DNA from: an uncultured Pseudomonadales bacterium
GTDB taxonomy: Bacteria; Patescibacteriota; Microgenomatia; UBA1400; PJMF01
Assembly (NCBI GenBank): GCA_964607285.1
Contig: CAZSJW010000001.1
Span: forward strand, 66,514 to 130,513
Reading direction: 5' to 3'
Length of the DNA: 64,000 bases
Both the position numbers and the translations under genes were made by a program. This document shows, piece after piece, positions 30,699 through 39,414 of the stretch. The stretch's first letter is position 1. Every line of letters begins with the position of its first letter. The notes under the pieces are model-generated. The model searched no databases, was not told where the DNA came from, and saw only the letters and a program-made list of their open reading frames with translations.

Positions 30699-33600
30699 AT
30701 GCTTGCACACTTTTCAAGTACATGGCTGCTAACTGTTCTGCAATTTAGAGGTGGAAGGGGCTTTAACAAGGGATCCACCAAACGGGTTTTTGTAACCTGT
30801 TTGCTGTGCTTGCAGCTTTTTCAGCAGAGTGCCATCGGAGCACTCGCTTTTTCGTCTATTGGGGCACAAGCACAATTAGAAGCAGCTTCAGATGCGTTGA
30901 CTGAATACGAAGAGGTTGTTGAGCTGAGAACAGAAAACAGCAAAACGTATACAAAACAAACCGCTGATGGAACATTGTATAGACTTGAGCAATCAGGTGC
31001 GCCAATACACTTTATAGATACAGATAAACGGTGGCAGGAAATTTCGACAGATATTCAACGATTGCCAGATGGAAGTTTTTTTAATCGCACAAATTCTTTC
31101 AAATCAGAGTTCTCTGCAAGCACTCTTTCTACTTCTCATGCACGGATTACTTTTAATGATTATTCGCTAGCACTTACTGTTCCAGCTGCACAACCATCTT
31201 TTGCGCGTCTTGTACAAGTTAGAGAAGCAGGATCTGCGGTAGAGTATCCAAACGTTCTGCCTGGTATAGATGCCCGATTTTCGATTCAATCCAATAGACT
31301 AACTAAAGAATTTGTGTTACAGAATCCAGCGGCCGTGCGGGAAGAGCTGCCTTTTTTACTACATCTATCAGAGGGAGTGTCGGCGGAACTAGTTGATGGT
31401 CAGATAGTGTTGAAAAAAAACTCACTACCTGTAGCCGAGCTGCCGCGTCCCAAGCTATATGAGCTTGATAATCGAAATAGGGGTTACGTATTTGCAGGCG
31501 AGGTTTCATTTTCGCTTGAACATATTTCCGATCATGTTGTAAAAGTTACTAAGATACTTTCTCCTGAGGCGCAACAGTGGTTGCGCCAACCTGAACGCCA
31601 GTACCCTGTTGCAGTTGATGCCACGCTCAATCTGCAGGTTGGTGCTGGTGATGATGATGGTGACTCACAAGTTTCAGTCGATATTGACAATAGTATTACC
31701 AGAGATCGCATTCCGTTGGGCAATTACAATGGAAACTCACATATCGGTGCAGCTCGATTTTCCTCCGTAGCTTTGGCTCAAGGAACCACTATCACTAGTG
31801 CAGAACTAATTCTGACTGCTTTGGGAACTTATGATTGTGGAGCTTGTACTCTTTCAATAACTTTGCAGTTAGATGATGTCGACGACTCTGCTGCACTAAC
31901 AACTACAAACATAAATGATAGAACTGGGACTACCGCTAGTTCAAATCACTCAATCACTGCTACCGTTGACAACACAGAGTATAACTTTGCTATTACATCA
32001 CAGGTGCAAGAAGTATTGGATAGGGGAGGTTTTGTATCTGGAAATGCTATGACAGTACTCGCGTCAGATAACGGGAGTGATAGTTCTGAGTGGCAAGAGT
32101 ACTACACCTACAACAACGACCCTGCCAAAGCCCCAAAGTTAGTCATTGTATATAGTGGTGGTGGCGTTACATACACCCAAGAAGGCTATCGGTGGCGTGA
32201 TGATGACGGTAGCGAAACAACGGCAAGTTGGCTTGCGTCTCAAGACAGCAACATTACCCGAGCCACAGCGGTTACTACCCGGTTGCGGACTTTGGTTGAC
32301 ACATCTGGTGATGCACCAACCAACCAGTATCAACTTGAATACAAGCTTTCGAGTGATACTGGATATCAAAAAGTTGGGCCTGCACCTAGTACAGCAACAC
32401 CAGTTGTGCAGTCTCGGTCGTCAGGTGCTTCTGCTGCAGCCAATACTACAAGTCATGTAATTACGATGCCTAGTGGTATTACTGCGGGGGATTTATTACT
32501 TATAGTGTTTTCATCGGATGGTCAGCCAGATATTCAAATAAATACTGGAGGATGGATACGCTTGGGCCAAGCACGCAATAGTACAGTTGCTTCTGGTGCG
32601 CTTTTTTATAAATTCGCAGAGGGGAGTGATACAGCAACAGTTACGACTTCCGCATCCGAGCAATCTTCCCATGTCGTATTGCGAATTAGTGGAGCAGGAA
32701 TCCCGATGGCAACGAGCTCCAATGGCAGTGGCACGAATTCAAATCCACCCAGTATTGATATGGGAACCTCTAGAAATCACTTGTGGGTAGCCACACGGTC
32801 AGGCGACTCTACTGTAGTCGCATCAGTTGCACCAACTAGTTACACAGATCTACAGACTCAAGCAGCAGCAGGTACCGGTGGCGCTTCTACTAACACTGCC
32901 GAGTACTCTACAACCTCTGCTACAGAGGACCCAGGAACGTTTACAAGCGCATCTGAACAGTGGGCATCATTCACTATTGGTATCCCACCTGCAGATGCAA
33001 CTGGTGGGCTGCGGTTCAACACTGCGCAGGCAACTGGCACAACTAGTCTTTCAGTGGCGTATCCACCAAGTATCAGTCCAGGGGACTTGTTGGTGTTGGC
33101 AATTGCAAATAAACATTCGCCAAATGTCCCGAGTACTCCCTCGGGCTGGACTGCACCTAGTAATAATCAGGCAACTGGTACCTCTGGAACAGATGGTGTG
33201 GATACGGGTAGCGTATATACCACGGTGTTTACAAAAATCGCTGATGGAACAGAGTCTGGCAATCTCAGTGTTACCGTTACATCGGGTAATTCTTCTACGG
33301 GTAGGATTTTCCAGCTACGCGCCGCGTCGGGGAAAGTGTGGAGTACTGCTCTTGCGTCAGGTAATGATCAAACTCCAGGAACAGGTTGGTCGGTTACTGC
33401 TGGATCAGATCCAGGAATTACAGCAGGTGATATCGTGTTGACTGTTTCTGGCATGAATAGTGATGCATATGCATGGAGTGCTCAATCAATATCCGCAACA
33501 AGCGTTACATTTTCTAACCACGAAGAGCTGTCAGAGCTTAATGCAACCAATGGTAATGACGTTGAGATGACCGTATCTGCTCATTTCGCAACTAGCGGTA

Positions 33601-34634
33601 CATCATCGGCAGCGCCAGTGTTTTCAATGACTTCAAGCGGAAGTGCAACTAATGCGCCAGTTGGAGCTACAGTGTTTGTCAGAGCCAGGCAAGTAGATGC
33701 ACCCATTATTTTATCCGCATCAAGCAATATAACTGCTTCTGGGGATAACACGACTGCGCAACTGACAGCACCCAGCGGCAAGAGTACGAGCGACTTTGAT
33801 GCAGGGCGAATGCAAGACGACGAGAATCCAGCCGATACGGTAGATATTTCTACTGATGATTACACCGAGCTTGAGTGGAGCTTGCAGGCAACAAATACTG
33901 CTACCGCAAGCGAGGTATATCAATTTAGAGTTACCATTGCAGGCACTGCCTTAGATACGTATTCTGTAACTCCGCAGTGGACCATCGGATCAGCTGATTC
34001 AACGTTTGTGCTCAGCTCATATCGTTGGTATGTAGATAATGACTCGGAAAACGTAGCGAGTGTCTGGGGAAATCCAGATCTTGCTGAAGATACGGCTTTA
34101 GCACTGCTGCCTGCTACAAATGCAGCTCCAATCGATACTGATGAGTTGCGCTTGCGGACCGCAATTACAATAGCTACTAACGATCTAGCAGCCACGAGCA
34201 AACAGTTTAAGTTGCAGTACAAAGCAGGTACCGATGGAGTTTGCACCACTGGGTCTTGGACAGATGTAGGTGCGGGCGGTGGAGGTGAAATCTGGCGGTA
34301 CGCTACATCGTCGGTTTCGGATGGTACAACCCTGACAGCACTCAAGCTAACTATTTCCGATGTTCTGGGAGTATATGGTAAAGCTTCGCCAACTGCCACC
34401 AATCCGAATGCTGCGACAATTGGTCAGGCGATTGAGTATGATTTTCATTTGCAAAACAACGGCGCAAGTACTGCTTCTTTGTATAGCTTCCGGGTAGTAG
34501 AAAGTGATGGTACTGTGTTTGCAACCTATGACGAGTGTCCGACACTTAGCACTCGGCAAGTTGTGGAACAGGAGTTGCGACACGGTGATGTATTCGGAAA
34601 TGAAGTTGAACGCGGATTTACACGAGTAGATTAG
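30699..34634 (+). CDS. Giant cell-surface protein (1311 aa), paralog of 27349..30693
   Basis: It has the same module pair (YRWRDDDGSETTASWLASQDSNITRATA..YQLEYKLSSD; YRWYVDNDSENVASVWGNPDLAEDT..KQFKLQYKAG). The C-terminus ECPTLSTRQVVEQELRHGDVFGNEVERGF is near-identical to its paralog. The N-terminal start codon is uncertain. Confidence 0.6.
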   Translation: MLAHFSSTWLLTVLQFRGGRGFNKGSTKRVFVTCLLCLQLFQQSAIGALAFSSIGAQAQLEAASDALTEYEEVVELRTENSKTYTKQTADGTLYRLEQSGAPIHFIDTDKRWQEISTDIQRLPDGSFFNRTNSFKSEFSASTLSTSHARITFNDYSLALTVPAAQPSFARLVQVREAGSAVEYPNVLPGIDARFSIQSNRLTKEFVLQNPAAVREELPFLLHLSEGVSAELVDGQIVLKKNSLPVAELPRPKLYELDNRNRGYVFAGEVSFSLEHISDHVVKVTKILSPEAQQWLRQPERQYPVAVDATLNLQVGAGDDDGDSQVSVDIDNSITRDRIPLGNYNGNSHIGAARFSSVALAQGTTITSAELILTALGTYDCGACTLSITLQLDDVDDSAALTTTNINDRTGTTASSNHSITATVDNTEYNFAITSQVQEVLDRGGFVSGNAMTVLASDNGSDSSEWQEYYTYNNDPAKAPKLVIVYSGGGVTYTQEGYRWRDDDGSETTASWLASQDSNITRATAVTTRLRTLVDTSGDAPTNQYQLEYKLSSDTGYQKVGPAPSTATPVVQSRSSGASAAANTTSHVITMPSGITAGDLLLIVFSSDGQPDIQINTGGWIRLGQARNSTVASGALFYKFAEGSDTATVTTSASEQSSHVVLRISGAGIPMATSSNGSGTNSNPPSIDMGTSRNHLWVATRSGDSTVVASVAPTSYTDLQTQAAAGTGGASTNTAEYSTTSATEDPGTFTSASEQWASFTIGIPPADATGGLRFNTAQATGTTSLSVAYPPSISPGDLLVLAIANKHSPNVPSTPSGWTAPSNNQATGTSGTDGVDTGSVYTTVFTKIADGTESGNLSVTVTSGNSSTGRIFQLRAASGKVWSTALASGNDQTPGTGWSVTAGSDPGITAGDIVLTVSGMNSDAYAWSAQSISATSVTFSNHEELSELNATNGNDVEMTVSAHFATSGTSSAAPVFSMTSSGSATNAPVGATVFVRARQVDAPIILSASSNITASGDNTTAQLTAPSGKSTSDFDAGRMQDDENPADTVDISTDDYTELEWSLQATNTATASEVYQFRVTIAGTALDTYSVTPQWTIGSADSTFVLSSYRWYVDNDSENVASVWGNPDLAEDTALALLPATNAAPIDTDELRLRTAITIATNDLAATSKQFKLQYKAGTDGVCTTGSWTDVGAGGGGEIWRYATSSVSDGTTLTALKLTISDVLGVYGKASPTATNPNAATIGQAIEYDFHLQNNGASTASLYSFRVVESDGTVFATYDECPTLSTRQVVEQELRHGDVFGNEVERGFTRVD

Positions 34635-35332
34635 TGTTCTCGCAACTATTGTATACTCAGGGTATGCTAAAGTTGCTGCTTTTTGGTTTTTTTGTGTTAC
34701 TTATAGTTGGTGTGTGGCTTATGCTAGGTGGTGATAAGCTCAAGATTTTGAGAGATGCTGTGTTATCTGCCTCCCCGAATCCCGAGGTAGCTACTATTTC
34801 AGATGGTAGTCGCACGCATGTAAATTTGAATATTGATGGTGATTTGATTCAAGTTAGTACGGGTAGTGCAAATTTTCGCAAGCCGTTTCGGAGGGGCGAT
34901 TTTGCCGTGTGGTTAGAGGTTCCACAAGAAAAGGCAGAAAAGTATGTGATTCGATATCACATACCTACTCAAACGCAGTTGCGTCTAACCAGTACGGGTG
35001 TTAGTCAGCATGCTCGAGTTAATACACAAGGTGCAGTGGTGTGGCAGCAATGGGTTGCTGATGCTTGGCAAGTTTTTTATTTTGATGGACAAACTACCAA
35101 GCAGGTAACTGAGGGAACCGTTGCACGAATAAATCCTGATATATATGACACAAAGATTGTGTATGCCGAACGACTTCCGGGAAAATCGTGGAACCTAGTT
35201 GAATGGTCCGCAGAAACTAACAAAAGCACCACAGTACCAAACAGTGAAGGTGAGAAATACCCATTATACGAAGGAGATTCTCTGTCGTTCGTGTCGCCAA
35301 GTGATCCTATTATCCTCGAAGCTGATGAGTAA
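34634..35332 (+). CDS. Membrane-anchored hypothetical protein
   Basis: 232 aa. N-terminal TM LKLLLFGFFVLLIVGVWLMLGG. It is translationally coupled to the upstream giant gene: stop and start share nucleotides at 34634. Confidence 0.4.
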   Translation: MFSQLLYTQGMLKLLLFGFFVLLIVGVWLMLGGDKLKILRDAVLSASPNPEVATISDGSRTHVNLNIDGDLIQVSTGSANFRKPFRRGDFAVWLEVPQEKAEKYVIRYHIPTQTQLRLTSTGVSQHARVNTQGAVVWQQWVADAWQVFYFDGQTTKQVTEGTVARINPDIYDTKIVYAERLPGKSWNLVEWSAETNKSTTVPNSEGEKYPLYEGDSLSFVSPSDPIILEADE

Positions 35333-35424
35333 CTAGATATAGTTATTTAACTACTTCACATTCTCTACGTTTCATGTAAGGATGAGCACATATCATCCTA
35401 TAAGCAGCTATTTAGAAAGTCTCC

Positions 35425-38400
35425 ATGTTCGAGCGCTCAACATTTGTTAAATCAGTACTGCGTAGTATGTCTGCGCTAGTGGTTGCCGTAAGTGTACTGG
35501 GTGGTAGTGTTAGCGCAATTGTTGCTGCACCTCCTGAGGGATTTGTCACCGAAACCGTGGTGACAGGTTTGACCGAGCCAACAGCTACGACTTTTGCACC
35601 TGATGGCAGAATGTTTATTATCGAGCGGGCAGGAATCATTAAAGTTGTGCCTGCCGGGACGACCACACCGTTGAGCACCCCTCTGTTGGATCTGACAGGC
35701 CAGATTAACACGGACATGGGTGAGCGTGGGCTGGTTGGTATAGCTTTGGATCCAAATTTTGCAAGTAATGGGTACTACTATGTGTTTTATACGACCAACG
35801 CTTTGAGAGATCGAGTTGAGCGTTTCACAGCAAGTGGAAATGCCACGGTTGCGAACAGTGGCTTTGTAGTTTGGCAGGACACGGTAGAGGCGCAGTTATG
35901 GCACCACGGCGGAACTGTCGCATTTGGCCCTGACGGCAAACTGTATATTTCTACAGGTGATGGTTTTGATACAACTTCTGGGAGTGGCAACGTTTCACAA
36001 AGACTTGATAGTTTTCGAGGAAAAATTTTGCGGGTGAATAGCGATGGTACCATTCCAAGCGATAATCCTTGGGCTAGTGATGGTAATCCAAACACGCTTG
36101 ATGCCATCTGGGCACGTGGTTTGCGCAACCCATTCCGTTTCTCATTCGATTCATTGAGTGGCTCCTTGTATATTGGCGATGTGGGTGGAAACAACCAAGT
36201 GTCCTCAATCGAGGAAATAAACTTGGGTGTCGCAGGTGCAAACTATGGTTGGCCAATTTGTGAAGGCAACTATGGCACCAGTGGCATGACAAATCCTATC
36301 TACCTGTATGAACATGCTGACAGAGATGCTTCTGTAACTGGTGGTTTTGTGTATCGTGGAGGGAACTTCCCAGCCGAGTACCAGGGTTCTTTTTTCTATG
36401 GTGACTATGTGCAGAACTGGGTGTGTCGTTTGACTTTTGATGGTTCAGGAAACGTGCAGGGAAGTCAGCATTTTGAGCCAACAAATGGTACCAGTGATGG
36501 ACCTTTTGGCGAAATTGTAGATCTAAAGCAGGGTCCTGATGGCGCACTGTACTACACCGATATTGGTATGAGTTGGGAGCAACAGTCAAACCCAGGCACT
36601 ATTCGTAGAATTAAATACGATGTGGAAAATCAAGCTCCAGTAATTGCAACGGTATCAGCACAACCTAGTAGTGGCCCTGGACCAAGCCTTGAGACAACAT
36701 TTTCAGCAACAGTCAGTGATCCAGAAAATGATACCTTGACATATCTCTGGGAGTTTGGTGATTCCCAGACAGCAACCATTTCGAGTCCTGTGCATACCTA
36801 TACTCAAAAAGGGCAATACACGGCACGTTTGACCGTTTCGGACGCAACAAATCAAACAATTTCCGAGCCGATGACAATCGTAGTGGGTACCCCACCTGTG
36901 GCAACAATCGACACTCCGTTGGCTGGCGCTACCTTTAAAGCTGGGGATGTCATTACGTTTTCTGGGTCCGCAACTGACGCAGACAGCACTCTGACCGCAG
37001 CTAATTATTCTTGGAGTGTAGCACTGCTACACAATTCTCACACACATCCTGAAGTCGGTCCGATTGACGGGCAAACTAGCGGGACGTTTACAATTCCTAG
37101 TTCTGGACATGATTTAAACAATACAACTCGTTTTCAGTTCATCTTGACAGTCACCGATGAAGACGGATTGCAGGATACCAACGCTGTAATTGTTGATCCA
37201 CAGACGGTTGATCTAAGTATCGATACGGTGCCTTCTGGCTTACCGATTAACTTTAATCAAGAAACTAACGTTGCAACTCCTTTTATGCGCAACATGTTGG
37301 TAAACTTCCAGAGCACAATCGAAGCACCAACTCCAGTGACGAGTAGTGGACAACAATATGAGTTTGCTGGTTGGTCTGACGGTGGTGAGCGACTGCATAC
37401 AATAACTGCACCCGAGTCAAGCCAATCCTATATTGCATCATATTCAGCTGTAGCATCGGACAACTTCGCGCTTTCGTTTGACGGCTCTAATGATTTGGCG
37501 CAAGATGGCATGGTAGCAAATGCTGCAGAGTTTACCGCTGAAGCCTGGGTTTGGGCACAGACGGCTAATCAGGCAGCAATCTTGATTGGTAACTTTGATG
37601 ACAATAATGGCTGGAGTCTCGAACTTTTGAATGGCAGGCCAGTCTTCTGGCGAGGTCTGAATGGCAGCTGGGCAAATGTAAGTTCTGCTACCACACTCAG
37701 CACTCAAGCATGGCACCATGTTGCGGTCACACATGTGGCAAGCACTGGCGTTGCGCGCATCTTTGTAGATGGACAACAGGTTGCAACTGGTACGGTTGGT
37801 GTATTAGGACAAGGTCCAAACATCTTCCTGGGTGGTGCAAGCGGGTATCCGTACTTCACTGGCTTGTTGGATGAAGTTCGATTGTCTAACTCTGTACGAT
37901 ACACTGGTAGCTACACAGTGCCGACTGCGGGTTTTAGCAGTGACGCACAAACTATCGCACTGTTTTCTTTGAATGAAGGCACTGGTCAAACCGCTGTGAG
38001 TAGTGGTGGTTCATCGGCAACGCTACTATTAGGGTCTTCATCTGCAGTTGAAAGCTCTGATCCTCTGTGGGTAACTTCTACGGCACCGACTGGAGGAGCG
38101 ACACCTCCACCTAGTCCGTCGCCTTCGCCGTCACCGAGTCCAGTGCCTACTCCGAGCCCATCCCCAACTCCGACTCCTACACCAACTCCGAGTCCCTCCC
38201 CTGTGCCGACTCCAATTCCTACACCGACGCCACAACCAGGAACGATGCTGCAGTTTAACGGTAGTAATGACTACGTGAGATCAGTAAACATTCCGCTTTC
38301 CACGCAGTATACCTACGAAGCATGGGTGCGAAGAATGGCTGATACTAATGGTTATGAATCAATCTTGAGTGATGCCAACTCTGGCTATGGTCAGGCAATG

Positions 38401-38913
38401 TTTACTTTGTTTATAGACGGTGGCAACAACGACTGTTATGGACAAACTGATCAATTTGCCTATTATCAAGCAAGTGGTGGTTTTACCCTCTGTTCGGGTG
38501 TTTCTGCCAACATTGGATCCTGGTATCACGTTGCAGTTACTAGAGACTCAGGTGGTGTCACTCGCTATTTTGTGAACGGTGTACTTACGGCTTCTGCAAA
38601 CAGCCCTGCACCAAGTAATAGTACCGGCAGACTGGCAATAGGTCGAGCTGGCGACTACAATGGCGAGTACTTCCCTGGCTTTGTAGACGAGGTGCGGGTG
38701 TCTAATGCACCGCAGTATACTGCTACCTTCACTCCATCCACGACTAGCTTGGCACCTAACGCTAGCACGGTTGCTTTATACCATTTGAATGCTGGTACAG
38801 GACAGTCAGTGGTGGATAGTTCAAGCAATAACTACACCGCGACCCTTGGTGGCTCAACGAGTGTGGATAGTGCTGATCCTACTTGGGCGACGGGGAGTCC
38901 GGTTGGTGATTAG
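35425..38913 (+). CDS. Secreted multidomain protein: glucose/sorbosone dehydrogenase-type beta-propeller, PKD domain, and two LamG (concanavalin A-like) domains separated by a PT-rich linker
   Basis: Signal peptide. GSDH-family motifs GLVGIALDPNF, GPDGKLYISTGDG, ILRVNSDGTIPSDNPW, GLRNPFRFSFD, ANYGWPICEG. PKD motif TLTYLWEFGDSQT..HTYTQKGQYTARLTVSD. Two LamG_3-like blocks (EAWVWAQT..WHHVAVTH..IFVDGQQVA; EAWVRRMAD..WYHVAVTRD..YFVNGVL). Linker PPPSPSPSPSPSPVPTPSPSPTPTPTP. Confidence 0.7.
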   Translation: MFERSTFVKSVLRSMSALVVAVSVLGGSVSAIVAAPPEGFVTETVVTGLTEPTATTFAPDGRMFIIERAGIIKVVPAGTTTPLSTPLLDLTGQINTDMGERGLVGIALDPNFASNGYYYVFYTTNALRDRVERFTASGNATVANSGFVVWQDTVEAQLWHHGGTVAFGPDGKLYISTGDGFDTTSGSGNVSQRLDSFRGKILRVNSDGTIPSDNPWASDGNPNTLDAIWARGLRNPFRFSFDSLSGSLYIGDVGGNNQVSSIEEINLGVAGANYGWPICEGNYGTSGMTNPIYLYEHADRDASVTGGFVYRGGNFPAEYQGSFFYGDYVQNWVCRLTFDGSGNVQGSQHFEPTNGTSDGPFGEIVDLKQGPDGALYYTDIGMSWEQQSNPGTIRRIKYDVENQAPVIATVSAQPSSGPGPSLETTFSATVSDPENDTLTYLWEFGDSQTATISSPVHTYTQKGQYTARLTVSDATNQTISEPMTIVVGTPPVATIDTPLAGATFKAGDVITFSGSATDADSTLTAANYSWSVALLHNSHTHPEVGPIDGQTSGTFTIPSSGHDLNNTTRFQFILTVTDEDGLQDTNAVIVDPQTVDLSIDTVPSGLPINFNQETNVATPFMRNMLVNFQSTIEAPTPVTSSGQQYEFAGWSDGGERLHTITAPESSQSYIASYSAVASDNFALSFDGSNDLAQDGMVANAAEFTAEAWVWAQTANQAAILIGNFDDNNGWSLELLNGRPVFWRGLNGSWANVSSATTLSTQAWHHVAVTHVASTGVARIFVDGQQVATGTVGVLGQGPNIFLGGASGYPYFTGLLDEVRLSNSVRYTGSYTVPTAGFSSDAQTIALFSLNEGTGQTAVSSGGSSATLLLGSSSAVESSDPLWVTSTAPTGGATPPPSPSPSPSPSPVPTPSPSPTPTPTPTPSPSPVPTPIPTPTPQPGTMLQFNGSNDYVRSVNIPLSTQYTYEAWVRRMADTNGYESILSDANSGYGQAMFTLFIDGGNNDCYGQTDQFAYYQASGGFTLCSGVSANIGSWYHVAVTRDSGGVTRYFVNGVLTASANSPAPSNSTGRLAIGRAGDYNGEYFPGFVDEVRVSNAPQYTATFTPSTTSLAPNASTVALYHLNAGTGQSVVDSSSNNYTATLGGSTSVDSADPTWATGSPVGD

Positions 38914-38991
38914 TTTTTTGGTAAGATATAGAAGTAAGCCGCAGGGGTTAAAACCTGCGGCTGAACAGATCTGCAGATCATCTTTAAAAGA

Positions 38992-39339
38992 TCAAAATCT
39001 TGGGTCGAGAAGTATTGCTAATAAAAAGTAGAAGAATAGAAATATTGACAAAATACTGATATATTTCTCTAAACTCGAATACATTTTTCTTCTCCAGACT
39101 ATTGGAATTGATATTAGTAAAAAAACCTCTGTAAGTACTGAGGCACCACCAAGACCATATAAATATAGTTTCTGAGTAGTATCATCGAATCGCTTCAGAT
39201 CTTCTTGAACATCTCCAAAAATATCTAAGGGAGTTTTAATTTGTAGAATATCTTGGGTGATATCTTTTATAAAGTGAATTGAAATAAAGATAAAAAGAAA
39301 AGGAAGAAATAACCTCCATAACTTGTACAATTTTTTCAT
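38992..39339 (-). CDS. Small 3-TM membrane protein encoded in a strongly AT-rich islet
   Basis: 115 aa (MKKLYKLWRLFLPFLFIFISIHF..; ..GLGGASVLTEVFLLISIPIVW; ..ISILSIFLFFYFLLAILL). Local GC is about 28%, against about 45% in the flanks. Confidence 0.4.
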   Translation of the reverse strand: MKKLYKLWRLFLPFLFIFISIHFIKDITQDILQIKTPLDIFGDVQEDLKRFDDTTQKLYLYGLGGASVLTEVFLLISIPIVWRRKMYSSLEKYISILSIFLFFYFLLAILLDPRF

Positions 39340-39414
39340 GCATACATTGTATCAATTGCGGAATAAAAGCAGGTAGCGTAATCTCTGCTGATGCCACCAA
39401 AAAAGCAATAGTTT

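Noticed and set aside
38095-38235. Repetitive CCN/ACN/TCN-rich DNA that looked like a tandem repeat, with a similar tract at 41040..41160
   Set aside because: These tracts encode Pro/Ser/Thr inter-domain linkers inside large surface-protein genes. They are coding low-complexity, not a repeat element or CRISPR array.
38936-38961. Perfect 8-bp stem hairpin after the 35425..38913 gene, considered as a terminator
   Set aside because: No T-tract follows on either strand, so it is not a convincing intrinsic terminator. It is mentioned only under the AT-rich islet finding.
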